Source of the DNA: an uncultured Verrucomicrobiota bacterium
Lineage (GTDB): Bacteria > Verrucomicrobiota > Kiritimatiellia > CAIKKV01 > CAYSLU01
Reading direction: 5' to 3'
DNA length: 64,000 nt
Assembly (NCBI GenBank): GCA_964431965.1
Contig: CAYSLU010000004.1
Coordinates: forward strand, 3,824-67,823
Part shown: one piece after another, positions 26,753 through 36,437 of the stretch
Position numbering within the stretch: position 1 is the stretch's first letter
Layout of the letters: every line of letters begins with the position of its first letter
Notes under the pieces: model-generated
What the model saw: only the letters and a program-made list of their open reading frames with translations
The model's database searches: none
Told to the model about the DNA's origin: nothing
Position numbers and translations under genes: made by a program

Positions 26753-28155
26753 ATGTCTCCGACGTGCTCGCGCCGGATAAGATCGACCGCTTCCTCGCAG
26801 GCGCCCGCGACTTGGACGAGGAAGCCGGCCCCGCGGATTGCCCGCCGGTGGCGGAGCTCGCCCGGTCCTGGCGGTCCTGGGGCCTGAGCCCCGGCGACCT
26901 CGTCATCCTCGCCCTCCCGAGCGGCTCCGACCTGCTTCGCCAGTTCTTCGGCGTCGCGGCGGCCGGCGGCGTCCCGGCCCTCGTGGCACCGGGCACGCCG
27001 TCCGCGCGCCTTCGCGAGCTCGTTGCCGGCATGCACGCGCGCGCCATCGGCGCCCCGCACATGCACCGCGACCTCCCGGCGTTCGCGCGACACGGCCGTC
27101 TCGGCCGCATCCAAGCCGGGCTGTTCGCGGCCGCGCCGGAGCCGGCCGCCGCGCCCGGCGAGGTCGTGCTGCTCACGTCGGGAACGTCCGGAGCGCCCAG
27201 CGGCTGCGTCTTCGGCCTCGACGCCCTGCTGCGCAATGCCGCCCGCCACGCCGACGCGATCGGGCAGCGCCCGGATGATGTGGTGCTGGTCACGCTCCCC
27301 CTGCACTTTTCATTCGCCCTCGTCGCGCAAGCGCTGGCCACGCTGCTTCGGGGCGGACGCCTGGTGATCGCCGGCCCGCCGTTCCACCCGCCCAGCTTCG
27401 CCCGGACCATCGACGAGGCGGGGGTCACCGTCTCGTCGCTGACCCCGGCCGGCGTCCGCGCGCTGTTCCGCTCGCCCGGGCGCGCGACGCCGCGGCTGCG
27501 CGTGCTGACCGTCGGCGGCGATGCGCTGCCGCCGGTCCACGCGGCCCGGCTGCTCGCGGACGGCTGCGCGCAGGAGCTGTACCTGACCTACGGGCTCACG
27601 CAGGCCGGGCCCCGGGTTTCGACGCTGGCCGCGCACCGCGAGCCTTCCGCCCGCCACGCCTCGGTGGGCCTCCCGCTGCCGGGAACGAGCGCGCGGCTGG
27701 CGCCGGTCGGCGACGGGTCGGGCCGCACGGAGCTGCTCGTGACTTCGGACACGCTGATGCGACGCCGGATCGGACGCGTCGAGGGCCGCCCGGGCGCCGA
27801 CTGGCGAGCGCCGAACGTGCTGGCCACGGGCGACGTATTCGATCAGGATGGCGACGGCTACCTGTACTTTCGCGGGCGGCTGTGCGATTTCATCGTGCGC
27901 CAGGGCGAGAAGATCTGCCTGGCGAGCGTCCGCCGGGAGGCGGCAGCGCTGCCGCGCGTGGTGCGGGTGCGGACCGAGCCGGTCACGCGCGAGGATGGCG
28001 ACGCGGACTTCGACCTGGTGCTCGTGACCGATGGCGCGGCCCCGGCGGACCCGCGGGACTTCCGCGGAGCTCTGCGCCGCGTGCTGTGCCGGGGCGAGAT
28101 GCCGCGGCACATCCGCCTCGAACCGGAGGGTGGCGACCATGACGGCTACAAGTGA
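26749..28155 (+). CDS. AMP-dependent synthetase/ligase (fatty acyl-AMP/CoA ligase-like)
   Basis: AMP-binding motif LLTSGTSGAPSG, and DGYLYFRGRLCDFIVRQGEKI (A8-like). Start at the ATG at 26749, overlapping the upstream stop. Confidence 0.8.
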   Translation: MNVSDVLAPDKIDRFLAGARDLDEEAGPADCPPVAELARSWRSWGLSPGDLVILALPSGSDLLRQFFGVAAAGGVPALVAPGTPSARLRELVAGMHARAIGAPHMHRDLPAFARHGRLGRIQAGLFAAAPEPAAAPGEVVLLTSGTSGAPSGCVFGLDALLRNAARHADAIGQRPDDVVLVTLPLHFSFALVAQALATLLRGGRLVIAGPPFHPPSFARTIDEAGVTVSSLTPAGVRALFRSPGRATPRLRVLTVGGDALPPVHAARLLADGCAQELYLTYGLTQAGPRVSTLAAHREPSARHASVGLPLPGTSARLAPVGDGSGRTELLVTSDTLMRRRIGRVEGRPGADWRAPNVLATGDVFDQDGDGYLYFRGRLCDFIVRQGEKICLASVRREAAALPRVVRVRTEPVTREDGDADFDLVLVTDGAAPADPRDFRGALRRVLCRGEMPRHIRLEPEGGDHDGYK

Positions 28156-28954
28156 GCGACCGAGCCCCGGCCCCGGCGGAGCGGAACGAGCCATGGACCA
28201 CACGTCGCTGCGGAGGCGGCTCGCCCGATCGGACCACTGGGGCCCCACGCTGATGCGCCGCTGCTATCGCGGCATGTTCCGGCTCTCGCTGCCCGCGCCG
28301 CGCCTGGTCGTCCGCCCCCTGCTCTGGGCGTACCTCGCGGTCCGATCCGCCTGGCACTTCTTCCTCCGCGTGTTCGTATGCGAGCCGCTGTTCAAGGCCT
28401 ACTGCCGAAGCTACGGCCGGAGCCTCCGGACCGGCATCAGCCTGCACTGGGTCCAGGGACGCGGCGATATCGTGATCGGTGACAACGTCTGGATCGACGG
28501 AAAGTCCACCTTCACGTTCGCCCACCGGTTCGCCGACCGGCCAACGCTCCGGATCGGCGACCGCTCGGGCATCGGGCACAATTGCACGTTCGTGATCGCC
28601 AAGGGCATCACGATCGGAAAGCGGTGCCTGATCTCGGGTGACGTCCTGGTCTTCGACTCGAGCGGGCACGCCACGGATCCGGATGCCCGGCGGATCGGCC
28701 AGCCGCCCGGCGATGCGGACGTGCGGGAGGTGACGATCGGGGACGATGTCTGGATCGGCGTGCGGAGCATCGTCTTTCCGGGCGTCCGCATCGGCGACGG
28801 GAGCGTGGTCTCCGCCGGGTCCGTGGTCCGCACCCACGTCCCGCCCCGGTGCGTTGTGGCCGGCAATCCCGCGCGGGTCGTCTTCCGCATGCCGCCGCCC
28901 GCGTCCGACGCCACGTCCCCGGCCTCCAGCCGGGCTCCGTGGATGGGCACGTGA
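28139..28954 (+). CDS. Hexapeptide-repeat (left-handed beta-helix) acyl/acetyltransferase
   Basis: Start at the ATG at 28139 after GGAGGG. It overlaps the ligase 3' end. Hexapeptide repeats IGDNVWIDGKSTF, IGDRSGIGHNCTFV, IGKRCLISGDVLVFD, IGDDVWIGVRSIVFPGVRIGDGSVV are of the maltose/galactoside O-acetyltransferase / WcaF type. Confidence 0.8.
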   Translation: MTATSERPSPGPGGAERAMDHTSLRRRLARSDHWGPTLMRRCYRGMFRLSLPAPRLVVRPLLWAYLAVRSAWHFFLRVFVCEPLFKAYCRSYGRSLRTGISLHWVQGRGDIVIGDNVWIDGKSTFTFAHRFADRPTLRIGDRSGIGHNCTFVIAKGITIGKRCLISGDVLVFDSSGHATDPDARRIGQPPGDADVREVTIGDDVWIGVRSIVFPGVRIGDGSVVSAGSVVRTHVPPRCVVAGNPARVVFRMPPPASDATSPASSRAPWMGT

Positions 28955-28999
28955 GGAAGGTGGCCAGTGGTGAGTGGCGCTTGGCTTAGGCCCTTCAGG

Positions 29000-30427
29000 T
29001 CAGCGGCCGGCGTCACGGCGGGCGAATGCGGCGGCGGCGTACGCGCGCCACTTGGCGGCGGCGCGGCGCAGCAGGTGCGGGTGCAGCGCGTAGCGCATCC
29101 GGGCCAGCCGGACCGGCTCGCCGAACCGCTTGCGGTCCACATCCTCCTGGATCAGCCGGTACCAGTGCTCCAGCCGCTCGCTCGAGATCGCGCGCGTCAG
29201 CACGAGATCCGGGTGAAAGCCCCAGCCGCCCAGCTTCTCATAGCTCCAGCCGGGATCCTCTGAAACGAGGCCGGCCCGCTTGGCGTCTTCCCACGTCTCG
29301 GTCCCGGGCAGCGGCGTCAGATGGCAGATCACCGCCTGGTCGAGGTCGGGGCTGCGCACGAGCGCGTGCGTCTCGGCGATGTCCGCCTCGGTCTCGTCCG
29401 GCGCACCGATGATCATCGTCGCCATCGTCCGCATCCCGTGCTGCTTGCACAGCTTCAGGGCCCGGTAGTTGTCGGCAACGGTCACCGCGCCCTTCTTGTA
29501 GTACCGCAGCATACGCTCGGATCCGGACTCGAGTCCGAACACGACCGACGCCACGTTCAGCCGCTTCAGCAGCTTCATCATCTCGTCGTCGATGAGGTCG
29601 GCCCGAGCGAAGACGCAGAAGCGCGTGCGGCGCGTGATGCCCCGCCCCTCGGCTTCATCGACGATCTGCCGCAGGCGCGTGCGGTTCGCGACGAACAGGT
29701 CGTCCCAGATCATGATGCCGTCGAGCGGGTACGCCGCCAGCATCTGCTCGATCTCATCGGCGATGCGCGCCGGCGAGAACGCCCGGAATTTCCGCCAGAA
29801 CAGGCGCGGCGAGCAGAACACGCACTGGAAGGGACAGCCGCGCGACGTCAGCATCGACGCGTAGACGCCGATCCGGTCGAAGCCGGCCTTCCGCGGCACG
29901 AGGTAGCGGTCCTTCATGCGCAGCAGGTCGCGCGCCGGGAACGGCACGCGGTCGAGCGGCTCGATCAGGGGGCGCGGCTCGGTCTGCTCGCTCGCTCCGC
30001 GCTCGTTCCGGAAGACCAGCCCCTTTACCCCGCGCAGCGCGGCCGGGGAGAACCCGCCGGCTGACTCGAAAAGCCGCAGCACCTCCATCATGGTCTCCTC
30101 GCCCTCGCCGATCACGCCGAGGTCGAAGTTCGACGCCGCCAGGTGCTGCGGCAGGTAGGAGATGTGGTAGCCCCCGGCGATGACGGGGACGCCGAGCTCC
30201 GCGCGGACCGCCCCTGCCAGGCGGTTGGCCGCGGGGAAGAGGAAGCTCAGGCACGAGATGCCGACCAGATCGGGCTTCAGCCGGCGCAGCGCGGCCATCG
30301 GGTCGTCCTCATCGACGATAACCGTGTCCCGGAAGCCCGCATACTCGCGCAGGTACGCGGCGATGTACGCGAGCCCCAGCGGGGGATCGTCCTCATGGCT
30401 CGGCAGGTTGACAAGGGCCAGTTTCAC
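29000..30427 (-). CDS. B12-binding domain radical SAM protein (class B radical SAM)
   Basis: 475 aa. N-terminal cobalamin-binding Rossmann region (MKLALVNLP...GISCLSF). Radical SAM cluster motif SRGCPFQCVFCS. Convergent with the acyltransferase gene. Confidence 0.85.
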   Translation of the reverse strand: MKLALVNLPSHEDDPPLGLAYIAAYLREYAGFRDTVIVDEDDPMAALRRLKPDLVGISCLSFLFPAANRLAGAVRAELGVPVIAGGYHISYLPQHLAASNFDLGVIGEGEETMMEVLRLFESAGGFSPAALRGVKGLVFRNERGASEQTEPRPLIEPLDRVPFPARDLLRMKDRYLVPRKAGFDRIGVYASMLTSRGCPFQCVFCSPRLFWRKFRAFSPARIADEIEQMLAAYPLDGIMIWDDLFVANRTRLRQIVDEAEGRGITRRTRFCVFARADLIDDEMMKLLKRLNVASVVFGLESGSERMLRYYKKGAVTVADNYRALKLCKQHGMRTMATMIIGAPDETEADIAETHALVRSPDLDQAVICHLTPLPGTETWEDAKRAGLVSEDPGWSYEKLGGWGFHPDLVLTRAISSERLEHWYRLIQEDVDRKRFGEPVRLARMRYALHPHLLRRAAAKWRAYAAAAFARRDAGR

Positions 30428-30553
30428 GCTTGCACGCGGCCACCATCTTCGCCGCCGGGCGGAGCCCCGTCAATCGCCGTCCGATTCCACTTGAATCACG
30501 CGCTGGCCGCCGCATAGTGTAGGCCCCGGTGCGGGCTTCACCCGTGGAGGAGG

Positions 30554-31168
30554 ATGTCCATGGATCTCATGAGCGCGTGGTGGGGCGGACTGCAGCCGGC
30601 AAACCAGTTCTTCTACGGGGCGGCGGCGTTCTTCAGCGTCCTGTTCCTATGGCAGCTTGTGTCCGCGATCCTGGGCCTCGGCAGCTCGCATCTGGACGTC
30701 GATACGAACCCCGATCCGGGCTGGGACCACGCATCGCCGGCCGATGCCCACGACACGGTCATGGCCTTCCAGCTCGTGAGCGTGCGCTCGATCCTGGCGT
30801 TTTGCACGCTGTTCACGTGGGCGGCCGCGCTATACCTCGACCACAGCGTGCCGCTCGGCCGGGCGCTGCTCTACGCGCTGGCCTGGGGCGCGGCGGCCAT
30901 GGTCCTCGTGTCGTGGCTGCTCCATTTCATGCGCCGGATGACGGAGAGCGGCACCATGCAGATCCGGACGGCCGTTGGCGCAAGCGGCACCGTGCACCTC
31001 GACATACCGGCCGGCGGCCTGGGCGAGATCCGCTGCCTGTGCAGCGGGGTGATGACTCATTTTCGGGCGCGGACCGCCGACGGAACCGCGCTGAAGGCCG
31101 GTGCGGTCGTCACGGTCTCGCGGGTGCTGGGGCCGAACACCGTCGAGGTGCAGCCCGGTCCACGCTGA
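30554..31168 (+). CDS. NfeD-like membrane protein (flotillin-associated)
   Basis: 204 aa with N-terminal TM helices and a C-terminal OB-fold-like segment. Start may be the second ATG at 30560 (RBS GGAGGAGG). Immediately upstream of the flotillin gene. Confidence 0.65.
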   Translation: MSMDLMSAWWGGLQPANQFFYGAAAFFSVLFLWQLVSAILGLGSSHLDVDTNPDPGWDHASPADAHDTVMAFQLVSVRSILAFCTLFTWAAALYLDHSVPLGRALLYALAWGAAAMVLVSWLLHFMRRMTESGTMQIRTAVGASGTVHLDIPAGGLGEIRCLCSGVMTHFRARTADGTALKAGAVVTVSRVLGPNTVEVQPGPR

Positions 31169-31223
31169 GCGGATCGACGTCGGGCGGGCGGGAGCACAGA
31201 GGAACGGAAGAGGGAGAACGCGG

Positions 31224-32777
31224 ATGAGTACACTCAGTGGGATCGGAGTCTCTTTGGCGGCCATCGCCTCGCCTGTGGCTGACAGCGCACCGACGGCGGG
31301 CGGCGGCGGACCCACCGGGATCTTTCTCGGACTCCTGCTCGCGGTGCTCCTGCTGGTGATCCTGGTCACCTTCCTGAAGCGCTACCGGCGCTGCCCGTCC
31401 AACAAGATCCTGGTCATCTACGGCAAGACGAACAGCGGCGCCGCCCGCTGCATCCACGGCGGCGCGGCCTTCATCTGGCCCCTGTTCCAGGCATACGACT
31501 ACCTCGACCTCGAGCCGTTCGTGGTGCCGATCGACCTCGCGAACGCGCTGTCCCAGGAGAACATCCGCGTCACCGTGCCCACCACCGTCACGGCCGCGAT
31601 ATCCAACCAGTCCGGGATCATGGAGAACGCCGCCGTCCGCCTGCTCGGCCAGAGCCGCGACCAGATCAAGGAGCAGGCCCAGGACATCATCATCGGCCAG
31701 ATGCGCGCCGTCATCGCCACGATGAAGATCGAGGACATCAACCGCGACCGCCAGGTGTTCATGTCCAAGGTGAACGAGGCGGTTGCCGTCGAGCTCGAGA
31801 AGATCGGCCTTACTGTCATCAACGTCAACATCCGCGACATCGACGACGAGTCGGGCTACATCAAGGCGATCGGCCGGAAGGCCGCGGCCGAGGCGGTGAA
31901 CCAGGCGAACGTCGACGTGGCCGAGCAGGAGAAGACCGGCCAGATCGGCGTGGCCGCGCGGCAGCGCGATCAGCGCGTGGCGGTCGCGGCGGCGATGGCC
32001 GACGCCCAGATCGGAGAGGCCACGGCGGACCGGAACAAGCGCCAGCAGGTGGCGAAGCTCGACGCCGAGGCCGTGAACGCCGAGACCGGCGCGAACGCCC
32101 AGAAGGCCAGCTACCGCGCCAACCAGAAGGTGGCGGAAGAAGAGGCCCGCAACCGCGGCGACTCGGCCGCGAAGGAAGCGGACGGCGCCATCCGCGTCGC
32201 CCAGGAGAACGCGCAGAAGAAGGCGGAAGACGCGCGCGCCATGCGCGAGCAGTCGCGCTACAACGCGGAGATCGTGGTCCGCGCCGACGCCGAGCGGAAG
32301 TGCGTGGTGATCTCGGCGGAAGCCCAGAAGGAGCAGGCGATCCGGATCGCGCAGGGCCAGGCGGAGGCGACCGTCGCCAAGATGACGGCCGAGGCCAAGG
32401 GCGTGCAGGCGATCCTCGACGCCAAGGCGGAAGGCTACCGGCACCTGGTGCAGTCGGCCGGCGAGCCGCAGGCGGCCGCCACGCTGCTCATGATCGAGAA
32501 GCTGCTCGAGGTCGCCAACGTCCAGGCGAAGGCGATCCAGAACCTCCCGATCGAGAAGATCGTGGTCTGGGACGGCGGCAACGGCGGCGGAATGACCGAC
32601 CTCGGGAAGAAGATCATGGGCGCCCTGCCGCCGATGCACGAGCTCGCGCGCCAAGTCGGGCTGGACCTGCCGGCCTTCCTGGGCCGGATCGAGGCCACCG
32701 CGCCGGCGGCGCATCCGCCGGCCGCGTCCAAGGCCGACGCCCCCGCCGGCGCGGCGCCGGGCGCGGACAAGGCATAG
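31224..32777 (+). CDS. Flotillin / SPFH (band 7) domain protein
   Basis: Start at the ATG at 31224, in the frame of track ORF 31101..32777. N-terminal TM segment, SPFH core, and a long Ala/Glu/Gln-rich coiled-coil flotillin domain (EAQKEQAIRIAQGQAEATVAKMTAEAKG...). Confidence 0.85.
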   Translation: MSTLSGIGVSLAAIASPVADSAPTAGGGGPTGIFLGLLLAVLLLVILVTFLKRYRRCPSNKILVIYGKTNSGAARCIHGGAAFIWPLFQAYDYLDLEPFVVPIDLANALSQENIRVTVPTTVTAAISNQSGIMENAAVRLLGQSRDQIKEQAQDIIIGQMRAVIATMKIEDINRDRQVFMSKVNEAVAVELEKIGLTVINVNIRDIDDESGYIKAIGRKAAAEAVNQANVDVAEQEKTGQIGVAARQRDQRVAVAAAMADAQIGEATADRNKRQQVAKLDAEAVNAETGANAQKASYRANQKVAEEEARNRGDSAAKEADGAIRVAQENAQKKAEDARAMREQSRYNAEIVVRADAERKCVVISAEAQKEQAIRIAQGQAEATVAKMTAEAKGVQAILDAKAEGYRHLVQSAGEPQAAATLLMIEKLLEVANVQAKAIQNLPIEKIVVWDGGNGGGMTDLGKKIMGALPPMHELARQVGLDLPAFLGRIEATAPAAHPPAASKADAPAGAAPGADKA

Positions 32778-32785
32778 GCAGACGA

Positions 32786-33991
32786 ATGAAGAGCGTGGCG
32801 TATCGGATCGGCGCGGCGGCATTCCTCGCGGCGGCGCTCGTGTGGACGGCGGGAGCGGCGGCGCCCTCGGGCATCGCCCCCGCCGCACAGACCTCGCTGT
32901 ATCCCGCCGAGGACTCGCTGGGGCGGTGGGGGTTCATCAACCGGCGCGGGGAATTCGCCATACCGCCGCAGTTCGACTTCGCGTGGAATTTCGTCGGCGA
33001 CTACGCGGCCGTGGCGGCGGGCCGGAAGCTCGGCTTCGTCAATCGCTCGGGCATGGTGGTGGTGGAGCCCCGGTACGACGAGGCGGAGGAGTTTTCCGAC
33101 GGCCTGGCGCGCGTGATGACCGACGCCCGGATGACGATGGAGGGAAGTCCCGCCGGGCCCGCCGAGATGATCCGGTACACCTTCCAGTTCATCCGGCCGT
33201 CCGGGGAGCCGGGGTTCGCGCGGACGTTTGAGACGCTGGATCGCCCGTCCGCCCTCACCCCGGAGCCGTTCGAACGGCTCAGCTCCTCGTTCTATCCGCG
33301 CCCGTTCTCCGAGGGCCTGAGCGCCTTTTCCGAGGGCGGCCGGGTCGGGTACATGAACACGAACGGGGTCACGGTCATTCCGCCGGCCTTTCTCGGCGGC
33401 GGCGATTTCCGCGAGGGCGTCGCCTGCGTATGGACCGAGAAGGGATGCGCGTTCATCGACCACGAAGGGACGGTCGCCGTCCGGCTGCCGCCGGACGTGA
33501 CGCCGGGCCTGTATACGTTTCAGGAGGGGCTGGCGATCGTGCGCGTCGGCGGCCGATTCGGGTACGTCGGCCGCGACGGCCGCATGGCGATCCCCGCCCG
33601 CTACGCCGTGGCCTATCCGTTCTCCGAGGGGCGCGCGCTGGTGGGCTGGCACCGGCGGCCATGGAGCCCGATACGCCTGCTGCGGGGAGAGCGCGATACC
33701 GAGTGCACGTATGTGACGGCCGCCGGGATCGCCGCTTTTCCCGGCCGGTTCGGCCTGACCCGGCACGGCGAGTTCTCCGAAGGTCTGGCGGTGGCCCGGC
33801 GCCCGGGCGATGAGCGACTGGGCTATATCGACACCACCGGGCGGTTCGTCATCCCTCCGCAGTTCGCGCTCGCCTGGCCGTTCAGGGGCGGGCTCGCGCG
33901 GGTCGTGCGGATGGAGAAGCGGAGCGGCGGGGAGCAGGCGATCGTGATGTACATCAATGCGCTCGGCGCCACCGCGTACCGGACGCGCTGA
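32786..33991 (+). CDS. WG-repeat (KWG-like beta-repeat) secreted protein
   Basis: Start at the ATG at 32786 (MKSVAYRIGAAAFLAAALVWTAGAAAP, a signal peptide). Repeated units GxxGFINRRGEFAIPPQF, GFVNRSGMVVVEPRYDEAEEFSDGLARV, GYVGRDGRMAIPARYAVAYPFSEGRALV, GYIDTTGRFVIPPQF. Confidence 0.7.
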   Translation: MKSVAYRIGAAAFLAAALVWTAGAAAPSGIAPAAQTSLYPAEDSLGRWGFINRRGEFAIPPQFDFAWNFVGDYAAVAAGRKLGFVNRSGMVVVEPRYDEAEEFSDGLARVMTDARMTMEGSPAGPAEMIRYTFQFIRPSGEPGFARTFETLDRPSALTPEPFERLSSSFYPRPFSEGLSAFSEGGRVGYMNTNGVTVIPPAFLGGGDFREGVACVWTEKGCAFIDHEGTVAVRLPPDVTPGLYTFQEGLAIVRVGGRFGYVGRDGRMAIPARYAVAYPFSEGRALVGWHRRPWSPIRLLRGERDTECTYVTAAGIAAFPGRFGLTRHGEFSEGLAVARRPGDERLGYIDTTGRFVIPPQFALAWPFRGGLARVVRMEKRSGGEQAIVMYINALGATAYRTR

Positions 33992-34023
33992 GCAGGCCGC
34001 GCCCCGAGGGGAGCACCGCGCCC

Positions 34024-34893
34024 ATGACCGACGCAGCCGGGAGCATCTCGTGCGGCGTAGCCGGCTGGTCGTACCCCGACTGGAATGGATTCGTCTACCC
34101 CCCGGGACTCAAGGATCCGCTCCCCTACCTCGCCGGCTTCCTCGACCTGATCGAGATCAACAGCACGTTCTACCGTCCGCCGTCCGCGCGCACCGTTGCC
34201 TCGTGGGTCCGCCGCACGGAGGACCGGGCCGGCTTCTTCTTCACCGCCAAGCTCCACCAGGACGTGACGCACGGCGGACGGATCGAGGAGGCCACGGTCC
34301 GGGCGTTCCGCGAGGGCTTCGCGCCCATGACCGAGGCCGGCCGGCTCCGACACCTGCTCGCGCAGTTCAAGTACGACTTCGACGACCGGCCGGAGCACCG
34401 CGACCGCCTGAGCCGCATCCGCGAGCGCTTCGGCGGGCCGGCCAACCTGACGCTCGAGCTGCGCCACAACTCATGGCAGTCGCCGGAGGCGATGGAGTTC
34501 GTCCGCGGCCTCTCGGTGACGGTCGCCGCGCTCGACTATCCGACCGCCCGCAACTCGTTCAACCGGCGCGTCCCCGGCATCGGAGAGCATGCGTACCTCC
34601 GGCTCCACGGCCGAAACACCAAGGCGTGGTTCAGCCGCGACGCCGGCCGAGACGCGGTCTACAACTACCTCTACTCGAAGCCGGAGGTGGCCGGCATCGC
34701 GGAGCGCGCATACGAGATCGCGCGGATCTCGAAGTCGCTCACCGTCGTGGCGAACAACCACTACGAGGGCAAGGAGATGGTGAACGCGCTGCAGCTCAAG
34801 TCCACCTTCTCCGGCCGGCGGATTCCCGTTCCCGCCACGCTTCGCGCGCGCTATCCTGACTTGAGTGAGATCGCGGACGACACGAATGGCTGA
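34024..34893 (+). CDS. DUF72 family protein (YecE-like)
   Basis: 289 aa. CGVAGWSYPDWNGFVYP...IEINSTFYRPP...YLRLHGRN blocks are typical of DUF72. Confidence 0.75.
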   Translation: MTDAAGSISCGVAGWSYPDWNGFVYPPGLKDPLPYLAGFLDLIEINSTFYRPPSARTVASWVRRTEDRAGFFFTAKLHQDVTHGGRIEEATVRAFREGFAPMTEAGRLRHLLAQFKYDFDDRPEHRDRLSRIRERFGGPANLTLELRHNSWQSPEAMEFVRGLSVTVAALDYPTARNSFNRRVPGIGEHAYLRLHGRNTKAWFSRDAGRDAVYNYLYSKPEVAGIAERAYEIARISKSLTVVANNHYEGKEMVNALQLKSTFSGRRIPVPATLRARYPDLSEIADDTNG

Positions 34894-34908
34894 TGGGAGG
34901 ACTGACGC

Positions 34909-35670
34909 ATGGACATCTGCGACTGCTTTTGCGGCGTCGGCTCGTGGGCGACGCGCGATCCCATCCTGCCGTATTCGGCGGACGACATCGTGCGGCAGCT
35001 CGACCGCTTCGGGATCGCCCGGGCGCTGGCCTACAGCAACCACGTCAAGTTCGCCGGCGGCGCGGCGGACGGCAACGCCTCGCTGCTGAAGAGCACGCGC
35101 GGCCGCGACCGGCTGATCCCCGCGTTCTCCATCTCCCCCTATCCCCACGACCGATCGCCGGGCCTGGACGAGTGCTTCGCCGTCATGCGGGACGCCGGCG
35201 CGCGCGGGCTGTGGCTGAACATCCCGTTCTCGCCCTACCGCCTGGTCCGCAGCCATGCCCGCTGGATGATCGGAGCGTGGCTCGACCGCTGCGTCAAGGC
35301 CCGCCTGCCGGTTCTGCTGCACATAGAGGACCAGCCCCCGGACATCGTGGACACCCTCTGCCGGGAGCACCCGCACCTGCGCCTCATCGTCACGGGCACG
35401 ATGTACACGGGCGACGGATTCCTCTATCCCCTGCTCCGCGCGCACCCGAACCTTCGCGTCTGCCTCGGGCACATGTACATCCCCGCAGGCAATCCGGAGC
35501 GGTTCCTCGCCCACTTCCCCGCCGACCGGATCCTCTTCGGCTCCGGCCTGCCGGAGTTCTCGCCAGGCGGGCTGATCGCGCACATCACGTACGCCGACAT
35601 CCCGGACGCGGCCAAGGCGGCCATCCTGGGCGGCAACCTGCAGACCCTGATGAGCGAGGTGAAGCTGTGA
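34909..35670 (+). CDS. Amidohydrolase-2 family (TIM-barrel metal-dependent hydrolase) protein
   Basis: 253 aa. The sequence pattern is consistent with the amidohydrolase_2 fold (HIEDQ..., C-terminal FGSGLPEF). Confidence 0.6.
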   Translation: MDICDCFCGVGSWATRDPILPYSADDIVRQLDRFGIARALAYSNHVKFAGGAADGNASLLKSTRGRDRLIPAFSISPYPHDRSPGLDECFAVMRDAGARGLWLNIPFSPYRLVRSHARWMIGAWLDRCVKARLPVLLHIEDQPPDIVDTLCREHPHLRLIVTGTMYTGDGFLYPLLRAHPNLRVCLGHMYIPAGNPERFLAHFPADRILFGSGLPEFSPGGLIAHITYADIPDAAKAAILGGNLQTLMSEVKL

Positions 35671-36437
35671 GCACACCCCTGGTCGAGTACGCCCGGTCCG
35701 GCCGACGCGTGGACGCCTTTCCGATCTTCGACGCCCACGCCCACGTCTACTCCGCCGCCGACCCCAGCGCGCCGTCGATCGCCGAGCGGCTGGTCCGCAT
35801 GGACCGGCTCGGCATCGTCCGCTGCGCCGTGAGCTCGTCTGTCGCGATCGGCGCCGAGTTCGAGGAGGGCAATGACGACGTGGCAGAGGTGGTGCGCGTC
35901 CACCCCGACCGGTTCATCGGCTACTGCCACGTCAGCGCCAACTACGCCGACGGCGCGCTGGCGGAACTGAAGCGGTGCTTCGGCACCGGTCTGTTCAAGG
36001 GGATCAAGGTCTATCAGACGGGCACGGCGTTCGACGACCCGCGTTTCGACGCCGTGTGGGAGTTCGCGGTGGCGCATCGCACGCCGGTGCTGGCGCACAC
36101 GTGGGGCGGCGCGCTCACCGGCTTCGACACGGCCGCCGCAAAGCACCCGGAGATCGCGTTCCTCGCGGGCCACGCCGGCAGCGGGTTCGCCTACCAAGCG
36201 TACATTGACGCGGCCAAGCGGGTGCCGAACCTCTACCTCGACCTGACCTACTCGCGCGAGCACACGAACATGATCGAGACCATGGTCCGCGCCGTCGGCG
36301 CCGACCGGGTCGTCTGGGGCACGGACGAGCCCCTCTTCTCGATGGAGCACCAGCTCGGCAAAGTCCTCTTCGCCGACATCCCGGACGAGGACAAGCGGAA
36401 AATCCTGAGCACAAACGCCGCGAGGCTGTTTCGGTAG
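35667..36437 (+). CDS. Amidohydrolase-2 family protein (second copy)
   Basis: GTG start at 35667 overlapping the upstream stop (GTGA), in the frame of track ORF 34893..36437. FDAHAHVY metal-binding start, HTWGG, and VWGTDEP terminal motif typical of amidohydrolase_2. Confidence 0.65.
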   Translation: MSTPLVEYARSGRRVDAFPIFDAHAHVYSAADPSAPSIAERLVRMDRLGIVRCAVSSSVAIGAEFEEGNDDVAEVVRVHPDRFIGYCHVSANYADGALAELKRCFGTGLFKGIKVYQTGTAFDDPRFDAVWEFAVAHRTPVLAHTWGGALTGFDTAAAKHPEIAFLAGHAGSGFAYQAYIDAAKRVPNLYLDLTYSREHTNMIETMVRAVGADRVVWGTDEPLFSMEHQLGKVLFADIPDEDKRKILSTNAARLFR

